DNA of 64,000 nt from Candidatus Multivorans sp. Lineage in GTDB: Bacteria; Acidobacteriota; Thermoanaerobaculia; Multivoradales; Multivoraceae. The notes under the pieces are model-generated. The model was not told the origin of the DNA and searched no databases. It saw only the letters and a list, made by a program, of their open reading frames with translations. The position numbers and the translations under genes are program-made. The stretch spans positions 407,949 to 471,948 of the forward strand of contig OZ251997.1 of NCBI GenBank assembly GCA_965247095.1, written 5' to 3'. Numbering within the stretch: position 1 is the first letter of the stretch; every line of letters begins with the position of its first letter. This document shows positions 10,547-18,150 of this stretch, piece after piece.

Positions 10547-11785
10547 TCAGGCCGGATGAACGCGAAAGGTCCTGATCAACATGAGCATGGCGACCGCCAT
10601 CAGCATGGATCCGGCGAGAAGCGGCGCCCCTGGCAGTTCGAAGGGCGCGGCGTCCGAGGTGAAGTAGCTGAACAGACCCGCGGTGAACACCAGCGGCGCG
10701 ACGATGGCGGACAGACTCATCAGGGAGGTCAGAGCGCCCTGGACCTTGCCCTGGTCGTACGGCGCCACGGTGCCGGCGATGAGGCCCTGCACCGCCGGCC
10801 CGGCGATGCCGCCGAGCGAGCCGATCACGATCACCGTGATGAGGATCCAACCGCGAGAGGCGAGGCCGTAGCCGGCGAAAGCCAGCGTGCCGATCCCGAA
10901 GCCGATCAGTACGGCTTTGCGTTCGCCGAGCCAAGCCACGGCGTGCCGCACCAGGAGTCCCTGGACCAGGGCCGCCGAGACGCCGACCGCAGTCAGTGCG
11001 AGACCGTTCTGGAACTCGTTCCAGCCGTAGCGGTAGCCCGTGTAGAGCACCCAGCAGGTTTCGAGACCCCGCTGCGCCAGCGCCAGGAGCACGAAAGCGG
11101 CTGCCAGACTGGCGACCAGGGGATAGGCGCGCAGGTTGGAGAGACTGGATACCGGGTTCGCGTTGCGGAGCGAGAAGGCGCTCCGGTTCTCCGGCGCCAG
11201 CGACTCGGGAAGCACGAAGAAACCGTAGATCGAGTTGATGAGGCAGAGGCCGGCGGCGACGAAGAAGGGCAATCGCAGATCGACGGTGCCGAGGAGGCCG
11301 CCAAGGCTTGGGCCCAGCATGAAGCCGATTCCGAAGGCGACGTTGATCAGACCGTAGTTCCGGGCCCGGGTCTCGGGAGTCGAGATGTCGGCGATGTAGG
11401 CGTTCGCGGTCGTGATGCTGGCGCCCATCATGCCGGCGACAAGTCGACCGACGAACAGCCAGGCGACCGAAGGGGCGAAGCCCATGATGAGATAGTCGAC
11501 GCCGAGACCGAACATCGACAGCAGCAACACGCGACGGCGTCCGAAACGGTCGGAGAGGGCGCCGAGAATCGGGGCGAAGACGAACTGCGCTACCGCGTAG
11601 CAGGAAGCGATGACGCCCAGCATCCGGGCGGCGGACGACGTGTCGCCCCCCATGAACTGCTCGATCAGTTCGGGCAGGATCGGGATGATGATGCCGACCC
11701 CGAGCATGTCGAGCAGGATCACCGCGAGGATGAAGGACACCCCGGCCTTGCGGCGTGGCTGTACTTGGGAATCGGAGGTCGTCAT
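10547..11785 (-). CDS. MFS transporter (TetA/TCR-like drug:H+ antiporter family)
   Basis: 412 aa, 12 predicted TM segments; motif A-like GALSDRFGRRRVLLLS after TM2; the overlapping 475-aa Arg-rich ORF in another frame is rejected. Confidence 0.75.
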   Translation of the reverse strand: MTTSDSQVQPRRKAGVSFILAVILLDMLGVGIIIPILPELIEQFMGGDTSSAARMLGVIASCYAVAQFVFAPILGALSDRFGRRRVLLLSMFGLGVDYLIMGFAPSVAWLFVGRLVAGMMGASITTANAYIADISTPETRARNYGLINVAFGIGFMLGPSLGGLLGTVDLRLPFFVAAGLCLINSIYGFFVLPESLAPENRSAFSLRNANPVSSLSNLRAYPLVASLAAAFVLLALAQRGLETCWVLYTGYRYGWNEFQNGLALTAVGVSAALVQGLLVRHAVAWLGERKAVLIGFGIGTLAFAGYGLASRGWILITVIVIGSLGGIAGPAVQGLIAGTVAPYDQGKVQGALTSLMSLSAIVAPLVFTAGLFSYFTSDAAPFELPGAPLLAGSMLMAVAMLMLIRTFRVHPA

Positions 11786-11842
11786 CGCTCGAATCGGCTC
11801 GTCGGTTCTGGGGCGCGGTGGCTAAGGCGCTAGAGTTGCGGC

Positions 11843-12334
11843 GTGAATACCACGTCTGAAACGAGACGGTGGGCTCGAGAGCCGCTCCCGGCCCGCGCCG
11901 CGGCACGGTCCCGGTTGGTCGCCCTCGGCGCGCTCGCACTGACCGGGGTGTTCCTTGCATGCGCCGAGTCGGTGCCCCAACCGAACGAGAAAGGTCTGCG
12001 GGCTTCGTTCATTGCCCAGATCGAGGCCGACGAACACGTGAAGGACCTCAAGGTCTACGGCGACGAGATCCACTTCGCCCGCCGCGACGGCTCGGGTGAG
12101 CACGTCGAGTGGCGGGTGCGCATCGACTCGCTGGAGGTGTATGCCGGCGAGGCCGAAGGGGCCCAGGCGAAGGGTCAGGTCGTATCGGGCTGGAGCGTCG
12201 CCGGACGCCCGGTGTCGGTCGAGGTCGGGCCGGAGGGCCTGGTCACCGACATGCCGATCTGGGTGCTCGACGCCGGCCTGGCGCCCGAGTGCTGGGCGCT
12301 CTGGGACGAGGACGCGAAAGCCTGGGGCTGGTGA
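11843..12334 (+). CDS. Hypothetical lipoprotein, 163 aa
   Basis: GTG start; signal peptide with lipobox-like LACAES; no known domain recognised. Confidence 0.45.
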   Translation: MNTTSETRRWAREPLPARAAARSRLVALGALALTGVFLACAESVPQPNEKGLRASFIAQIEADEHVKDLKVYGDEIHFARRDGSGEHVEWRVRIDSLEVYAGEAEGAQAKGQVVSGWSVAGRPVSVEVGPEGLVTDMPIWVLDAGLAPECWALWDEDAKAWGW

Positions 12335-12408
12335 ACCGGTCGAAGCGCAGCCTGCGCGGCAGCTATGATCACGGCAGGCAGTTGAACACGGTGGTTGGAG
12401 GGCAGGCA

Positions 12409-13497
12409 ATGAGAAGGCATGAACGCTTGAACGTCGGTTGGACCGTGGCCATGGTCGTTGCACTCCTGGTTGTCGCCTTTGCCGGCGGCGCGGGCGCCGT
12501 GGGCAACAACGCCAACAATGCCACTGACGCCGACTGGACCATGCCTCGCACCGGCGCCGGTCATCCCGATCTCCAGGGCGTGTGGGCGAACAACAACGCG
12601 ACGCCGCTGCAACGTCCCGCCGCGTGGGCCGGCAAGGAACGCCTGACGGACGAGGAACTGCACCAGTTGATGGCTGCAGCGTCCGAGGCGACCAACCCCG
12701 GCGCGGACGCCCTGTTCGGCGACCAACTCGTGCTCGCCGCGATCGCGCGCACCGAGGCCACCTCTTACGACCCGACGACCGGCAACTACAACCAGTTCTG
12801 GATCGCGGACCGGGACTGGACGAACCGTACGTCCCTGGTCATCGATCCGCCGGACGGCCTGATCCCGCCCTTCACCGAACCGGCGAAGAAGCGTCTCTGC
12901 CAGCGGGTCAAGCACCTGATGGAGCACCCCGCCGACTCGTGGCTGGACCGGCCGATTCCCGAGCGGTGCATCAGCTACGGCGCTCCGTTCATCTTCCCGG
13001 GCTACAACGGCTACCACCAGGTCTTCCAGAGCGAGGACCACGTCGTGATTCACCAGGAGATGATCCACGACGCGCGGGTGATCCCGCTCGACGGCCGGGC
13101 GCAACTGGACGAGGACGTGCGGCTGTGGAACGGGTACTCCCGCGGTCACTGGGAGGGCGACACCTTGGTCGTCGAGACCACGAACTATTCGGAAAAGAAC
13201 GACTTCATGGGTTCTTCCGAGCAGTTGAAGATCACGGAGCGCTTCACCCTCACTGGCCCCGATACACTGGAGTGGGCGATCACGGTGAACGACCCGGGCA
13301 CCTGGACCAAGCCCTGGACGGCCTCGATCCCGCTCAAGCGCACCGAGGACGCGATCTTCGAGTACGCCTGCCACGAGGGCAACTACGCGATGGGAGGGAT
13401 GCTCTCCGGCGCCCGCACCGAGGAGGCGTCAGACAAGCCGAAGCAGCTCGATCCCGGCGCCGCGTTCCGGTATCCGGGTCTGACCTGCGACTTCTGA
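12409..13497 (+). CDS. Hypothetical secreted protein (362 aa) with N-terminal signal/TM segment
   Basis: Start moved to ATG 12409 (GGAG RBS 9 nt upstream; MRRHERLNVGWTVAMVVALLVVAFAGGAGA); upstream part of the 462-aa ORF is Arg/Gly-rich junk; coherent non-repetitive composition thereafter. Confidence 0.55.
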   Translation: MRRHERLNVGWTVAMVVALLVVAFAGGAGAVGNNANNATDADWTMPRTGAGHPDLQGVWANNNATPLQRPAAWAGKERLTDEELHQLMAAASEATNPGADALFGDQLVLAAIARTEATSYDPTTGNYNQFWIADRDWTNRTSLVIDPPDGLIPPFTEPAKKRLCQRVKHLMEHPADSWLDRPIPERCISYGAPFIFPGYNGYHQVFQSEDHVVIHQEMIHDARVIPLDGRAQLDEDVRLWNGYSRGHWEGDTLVVETTNYSEKNDFMGSSEQLKITERFTLTGPDTLEWAITVNDPGTWTKPWTASIPLKRTEDAIFEYACHEGNYAMGGMLSGARTEEASDKPKQLDPGAAFRYPGLTCDF

Positions 13498-13560
13498 TCG
13501 GTTCGGCGTTTCGCTGAGCGCGTTGCGCCGCCTTTTGCGGACGCGGGCGAGCGTCCTGCG

Positions 13561-13950
13561 TCAGCGGATGGTGCGGACTTCGATACCCGGCAGTTCCAGT
13601 TCGAGCCAGGCGCGGTCGCCGGTGAGAGCTGGTATTCCTAACAACGAAGCGGTGGCAAGGCAGGCGCGGTCGCCGAGGCCAAGACCTGCGGATGCAGTTG
13701 CGGGCCGGAGCGCGCCGCTTGAAAGGGCGACTTCTGAATCGAAAGGTAGTGTCTCCATTCTGAATTCGCCCAGCGTCTTCGCGACTTCTCTGGCCTCCCA
13801 TCCACGGTGATGGAGATGGGCGGCGACTTCAGCGAGGTTCACAGTGGAGATTGCCGCGCCGTCGCGCAAGGCGGCCCGGACGACCTCGGCGCCAGGCTCG
13901 CGCCAGAGCAGGGCCAACAGTGCCGAGGCATCGAGGAGGGCCCGAGCCAC
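13561..13950 (-). CDS. vapC: Type II toxin VapC (PIN domain ribonuclease)
   Basis: ALLDASALLALLWREPGAEVV... PIN-domain pattern, C-terminal acidic residues; probable GTG start ~13950 immediately after antitoxin TGA (start uncertain, ORF extends to 14037). Confidence 0.55.
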   Translation of the reverse strand: MARALLDASALLALLWREPGAEVVRAALRDGAAISTVNLAEVAAHLHHRGWEAREVAKTLGEFRMETLPFDSEVALSSGALRPATASAGLGLGDRACLATASLLGIPALTGDRAWLELELPGIEVRTIR

Positions 13951-13951
13951 C

Positions 13952-14293
13952 TCAGTCTCGTGCCGCCTCCCGGCGTCGCTCGGCGATGAAGGCGTCGACT
14001 TCGCTCCCCGATGAACTTGTGCCGTGCTTCCGGGCAAGGGCCTGGGCGCGGGCGACTGCCGCGTCCACCGCCGTTTCCACGGTTGTTATCCGGATCGTGT
14101 CGCCTTCGAGATCGAGGATGACCTTCTGTCGAGGCTGAAAACCCAATGCCGCGCGAAAATGGGCTGGTACTACGAGCCGGCCTGCGGAGTCGATGATGGT
14201 GGAAGTCTGTGCGGGAGCGGGTGTGGGATCATCTGCCATAGCGCAGGAGTCTACCATTGTGGCGCAGAATGGGAGGGTGCTCGGCTGTACCAC
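13952..14293 (-). CDS. vapB: Type II antitoxin VapB (AbrB/SpoVT/MazE-like swapped-hairpin domain)
   Basis: IIDSAGRLVVPAHFRAALGFQPRQKVILDLEGDTIRI matches SpoVT/AbrB fold antitoxins; sits immediately upstream of PIN toxin; true start may be internal (MADDPT...). Confidence 0.6.
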   Translation of the reverse strand: MVQPSTLPFCATMVDSCAMADDPTPAPAQTSTIIDSAGRLVVPAHFRAALGFQPRQKVILDLEGDTIRITTVETAVDAAVARAQALARKHGTSSSGSEVDAFIAERRREAARD

Positions 14294-14413
14294 GGGAGTG
14301 AGAGTAGTGGCCAGTCGCTGGGGCCAACGGTCAGCACGGCGGAGGGACGGACAAAGGTGATCACGCCGTCGCTCCGCCGTGCGTTGCCCGTATCGGCGGG
14401 TCGGTCGGCCCGG

Positions 14414-14710
14414 CTACACGCAGATCGTCATGCTCCGGAAGGTCAGGTGCATCCCGACGGCGGTCAAGAAGGGGGAGCCAAGAGCCTGGCCGACGGCCGT
14501 AAGGAGCGCTCCGGCGACCGAGTCGGTCCTGCAACTGTGGCTCCGCGCTCCTCCAGCCACTCTCGTCAGGTCGGTGACCGTGAGCTGGTCGAGGCCATCG
14601 TGGCCGATGGTCGAGGTGCCGCCCGCCATCACGGCGTCAGGCGGTGTGGCGAAGGAAGCGCCGACGCTCAATACAAGGGCGATCGATGCAGTGGCTAGGA
14701 ATCTCGTCAT
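14414..14710 (-). CDS. Small secreted protein (98 aa), paralog of 16896-17198; two Cys, C-terminal ...CV
   Basis: ATG at 14710 with conserved GAAAGGA RBS; signal peptide MTRFLATASIALVLSVGASFATPP; aligns with the other small protein (LSVG[GA][AS]FA.PP...G.D.L[DE]QL...PFL.A...CV); embedded in the 441-aa Arg-rich ORF which is rejected. Confidence 0.55.
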   Translation of the reverse strand: MTRFLATASIALVLSVGASFATPPDAVMAGGTSTIGHDGLDQLTVTDLTRVAGGARSHSCRTDSVAGALLTAVGQALGSPFLTAVGMHLTFRSMTICV

Positions 14711-14913
14711 GTCCAGTGGTCCTTTCGGTTGTAGAGGGTTGGGGGTAGCCAGGTGGTGGAGGCCGCTGTCCGCGGCTCTCGAGCCACCTATGGACCAAGA
14801 CGGAATCGGCGCGGCTCCGTTCGTCTCGGTCACTTCGGTCCGAGCCGGCAGGGTCGTGTCCTTGCCTTGCTGTGAGCATGAGCCGCCCGACCGGAGGAGC
14901 CCGGGAAGCGGGC

Positions 14914-15603
14914 TCAGCCGCTGAGCATCTGCTCGCGGCGCTCCGCACGGGCGAAGGTCAGGGCGACGATGGCGGCGATGATGAGGGCAATGCCTATACG
15001 GTTCTGGACGGCCATGGTGAGCAACTGCTCGGCGTCGCCCCCTTTCACGGCGAGCGGGTTCCACAATGGCGAGATGCGCGGCTCGACCGAGAGGTATGCC
15101 ATTCGAAGGTTCGGGGCGAGTAGTGCCATGGTTGCCATTGCGCCGGTGACCTCGCTTCGGAAGAGGGTGGCGAAACCCATCGCTGCTACCAGGTAGAAAG
15201 CGGCTCCCTGCGCCGTGCCGTAGATGGTCTGAACAACTGGAAAGGAAGTGAAGAAAGCAAAGGTAAGCACCGCCGTCGGCGTCAGACTTGCAAACAGGAT
15301 CAGCCCTGCGGCAGCGAGTTTTCCGGTCCATACGCGACGGGTGCCGCCGGGTACGGTGTAGGCGATCTCCAGGGTGCGCTCGTCGAGTTCGCCGGCGATG
15401 ATCCGGCCGCCCAGGAAGACGGCGAGAACCGCGACCGGCGCACCAATCAGGGTGTTCTGTGCGTCGGCGGGCTCGAAGTTGGGCCGAAGCCCGGAGATGA
15501 GCAGTATCGCCTGAATTCCCAACCACGGCAGGGGCAGCAGCGGCAGCAGCCAGTAACGCGGGCCCCCGATCAGCACGGCGGAGAGACGGAGAACGGTGAT
15601 CAT
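14914..15603 (-). CDS. ABC-2 family transporter permease, paralog 3 of 3
   Basis: 229 aa, ~6 TM; ~60-70% identical to 15762-16451 and 17458-18150; ATG overlaps upstream relic stop (ATGA). Confidence 0.7.
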   Translation of the reverse strand: MITVLRLSAVLIGGPRYWLLPLLPLPWLGIQAILLISGLRPNFEPADAQNTLIGAPVAVLAVFLGGRIIAGELDERTLEIAYTVPGGTRRVWTGKLAAAGLILFASLTPTAVLTFAFFTSFPVVQTIYGTAQGAAFYLVAAMGFATLFRSEVTGAMATMALLAPNLRMAYLSVEPRISPLWNPLAVKGGDAEQLLTMAVQNRIGIALIIAAIVALTFARAERREQMLSG

Positions 15604-15700
15604 GCCGGAGCTCGGTCACCGGTCGCCTGGGCCGGCCAGAGGTAGCCGTCCCCGACCCGTCCGAGGCCATGGCTCTCGATGACCGGTGTAGTGCCCGCCA
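15601..15700 (-). pseudogene. Relic 3' end of an ABC ATPase gene (duplication scar)
   Basis: Minus-strand translation ...TPVIESHGLGRVGDGYLWPAQATGDRAPA* matches C-terminus of the RND-ABC fusion protein (...PVEPTLEDGYLWLAQAARGRAPT*) and keeps the same ATGA stop/start junction with the following permease. Confidence 0.6.
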
Positions 15701-15761
15701 CGACCGAGTTGGGCGGTACAGCGACAGAGGGGCAGACACTCAAGACAAGTGGCGACTCCTG

Positions 15762-16451
15762 CTAGCGGCTGAGCATCTTCTCGCGACGCTCCGCGCGAGC
15801 GAAGGTCAGGGCGACGATGGCGGCGATGGTGAGCGCGATGCCGATGCGGTTCTGGATGGTCATGGCGAGCAACTGCTCGGCGTCGGCTCCTTTCACGGCG
15901 AGCGGGTTCCAGAACGGCGAGATGCGCAGGTGCCCGCCGAAGCCGGTCACAGAGCCGTTCAAGCCGAATAGCGCAATCGTGACCAAGGCACCGCTCACCT
16001 CGCTGCGGAACAGCGTGGAGAAACCCATCGCCGCGGCTAGGTAGAAGCTGGCTCCTTGGCCAGCACCGTGGAGGGTCTGGACGACCGGAAACGCGGTGAA
16101 GAAGGCGAACGCCAGAACAGTCATCGGGATCAGGCTGCCAAGCAGGATCAGGCCTGCGGCGGTTAGTTTCCCCCACCAGACCCGATGGGCGCCGCCCGGG
16201 ACGGTGTAGGCGACTTCAAGGGTGCGCTCGTCGAGTTCGCCGGTGATGATCCGGCCGCCGAGAAACACAGCGAGGATCGCTACTGGCGCACCGATCAAGG
16301 TGTTCTGTGCAGCGGCGGGTTCGAAGCCGGGACGGCCGGTGAACAGCAACAGCACCGCCTGAAGGCCTAGCCAAGTCAGTGGCAGCAGAGGTAGCAGCCA
16401 GTATCTTGGCCCTCCGATCAGCACGGCGGAAAGACGGACAACGGTTCTCAT
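15762..16451 (-). CDS. ABC-2 family transporter permease, paralog 2 of 3
   Basis: 229 aa multi-TM, paralogous to neighbours; ATG start overlapping relic stop. Confidence 0.7.
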   Translation of the reverse strand: MRTVVRLSAVLIGGPRYWLLPLLPLTWLGLQAVLLLFTGRPGFEPAAAQNTLIGAPVAILAVFLGGRIITGELDERTLEVAYTVPGGAHRVWWGKLTAAGLILLGSLIPMTVLAFAFFTAFPVVQTLHGAGQGASFYLAAAMGFSTLFRSEVSGALVTIALFGLNGSVTGFGGHLRISPFWNPLAVKGADAEQLLAMTIQNRIGIALTIAAIVALTFARAERREKMLSR

Positions 16452-16500
16452 TGCAGCTCTCCCCCGCGGGTTGCTTGGCCCGACCGGAGGTAGGTGTCTC
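16449..16500 (-). pseudogene. Second relic ABC-ATPase 3' end (duplication scar)
   Basis: C-terminus of the 116-aa ORF 16448..16798 reads ...PPRDTYLRSGQATRGGELQ*, resembling ...EDGYLWLAQAARGRAPT*; same ATGA junction with permease start. Confidence 0.45.
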
Positions 16501-16895
16501 TAGGCGGCGCGACGCCTCCTTCGCCTTGCATGTAGAGGGTGGTGGGCGGAGGGACTGGGGTGCAGGTACTCCGGTTCAGCATGTCCCGTCGCGACGAGCG
16601 GCCATCCTGCCGACGATCCAGAGAGCTGGCAGCGAGAAGAGGGATGCGATGGCGACGAACAGGACCGGAGAACCGCCGACGAGGGCCAACAGCCGACCGC
16701 TCAACCAGCTTCGCCCGAAGGCGCTGCCCGGGGCAGGTCGCAGCGGCCGGTAGGGGCGGCTTTGTAGGTCCATGAACGTCGCCATCGAGTCCTTCCAAAC
16801 AGGAGCGTGATGCGCTATCCGCCCGCCTCTTTCCGGGGCCGAAGCCGGCACCCGCAATCAGAGAGTCTCATCGAGCGAGACGGCGCCGTTGTTGG

Positions 16896-17198
16896 CTAGA
16901 CACACACAGCGTCCGCGAGGAACGGACCGGCCAACCCGGCAGCGTGCATGAGCCCCCTGCCCGTGTAGATCCCTACGAAGACAAAGGCCTCGCCCGTCGT
17001 CTCAAAAGCAGCAGTGCAAGCTCCGGACCACCAAGCTGCTCCCATCACGCCGACCATCTCGGCATCCGCGAGTTGTTCGAGCCCGGGATTGTCGACGCCC
17101 GGATAGTCGCCCGCCACGGCCGTGACAGGCGGTTCTGCGAAGGCGCCGCCGACACTCAGTACAAACGCTGCCACTGCGATAGATAGAACTTTCTTCAT
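16896..17198 (-). CDS. Small secreted protein (~100 aa), paralog of 14414-14710; two Cys, C-terminal ...CV
   Basis: ATG 17198 (MKKVLSIAVAAFVLSVGGAFAEPP) with GAAAGGA RBS; upstream in-frame ATG at 17222 also possible; signal peptide; paralogous alignment with the other small protein. Confidence 0.55.
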   Translation of the reverse strand: MKKVLSIAVAAFVLSVGGAFAEPPVTAVAGDYPGVDNPGLEQLADAEMVGVMGAAWWSGACTAAFETTGEAFVFVGIYTGRGLMHAAGLAGPFLADAVCV

Positions 17199-17457
17199 GA
17201 TTCTTGTTCCTTTCCGTTTCATGGGTTCTTGTTGCCGTCGACCCCTTCGGAGAGGCCGACGACGCTGGTAGACGGGAAGGTCCTGCGGAAGCCGAGGAGG
17301 CTTCGCAGGTCCACCGCCGCGCAGCGCCTTACGGCGTGCAGGGACTGTGGACCGCCTATAGACCTATGACGGAATTCGGAGCGGCTTTTTCTGGCGAGGA
17401 CCCTGAGAGGGGGCTGGGTGGCAGTGGCTGCGTGTCAGGTCGAGGGCGGAACCCGGC

Positions 17458-18150
17458 TCAGCCGCCGAGCATCTTCTCGCGGCGTTCGGCGCGGGCGAAT
17501 GTCAGGGCGACGATGGCGGCGATCGCGAGGGCGATGCCGATCCGGTTCTGGACGCTCATCGCGAGCATCTGGTCGGCGTCGGCTCGGTCCACCGAGAGGG
17601 GGTTCCAGAACGGCGAGATGCGGAGGGGGTTTTCGCCGAAGCCGGTGATCAGGCCGTTGAGGCCAAGGAGGCCGGTCGTGGTCAGGGCGCCGGCCACCTC
17701 GCTGCGGAACAGGGTGGCGAGCCCCATGGCTGCAACCAGGTAGAAGGTGACGCCCTGGGCCGCGCCGTAGAGACTCTGGAAGACGGGGAAGGAGGTGAAG
17801 AAGGCGAACGTGACGGACGCCATCAAGGCCAGACTGGCGAGTAGCAACAGGCCGGCTGCGGCGAGCTTGCCGAGCCAGACGCGGTGAGCGCCGCCGGGTA
17901 CGGTGTAGGCGATCTCAAGAGAGCGCTGGTCGAGTTCGCCGGTGATGATCCGCCCGCCCAGGAACACGGCGAGAACGGCCACCGGCATTCCGATCAGTGT
18001 GTTCTGGGCGGCGTCACGTTCGAAGCCCGTCGCGGCGCCGGCCAACAGCAGGATCGCCTGCACGGCTAGCCACAGTAGCGGCAGCAGGGGCAGCAACCAG
18101 TAGCGCCGCCCTGCCAGCAGCACCGCGGACAGACGCAGCACGGCGATCAC
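17458..18150 (-). CDS. ABC-2 family transporter permease, paralog 1 of 3 (cognate of the fused ATPase upstream)
   Basis: 230 aa multi-TM; GTG start overlapping the stop of the RND-ABC fusion ORF (GTGA). Confidence 0.7.
   Translation of the reverse strand: MIAVLRLSAVLLAGRRYWLLPLLPLLWLAVQAILLLAGAATGFERDAAQNTLIGMPVAVLAVFLGGRIITGELDQRSLEIAYTVPGGAHRVWLGKLAAAGLLLLASLALMASVTFAFFTSFPVFQSLYGAAQGVTFYLVAAMGLATLFRSEVAGALTTTGLLGLNGLITGFGENPLRISPFWNPLSVDRADADQMLAMSVQNRIGIALAIAAIVALTFARAERREKMLGG

Noticed and set aside
10533-11960. 475-aa Arg/Pro/Gly-rich ORF overlapping the MFS transporter gene
   Set aside because: Composition typical of out-of-frame translation of high-GC DNA; the MFS gene in the other frame has coherent TM structure and motifs
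14414-15739. 441-aa ORF spanning a permease gene
   Set aside because: N-terminal 340 aa are Arg-rich junk antisense or overlapping to the permease; only the last 98 codons (small secreted protein) are supported by paralogy and an RBS
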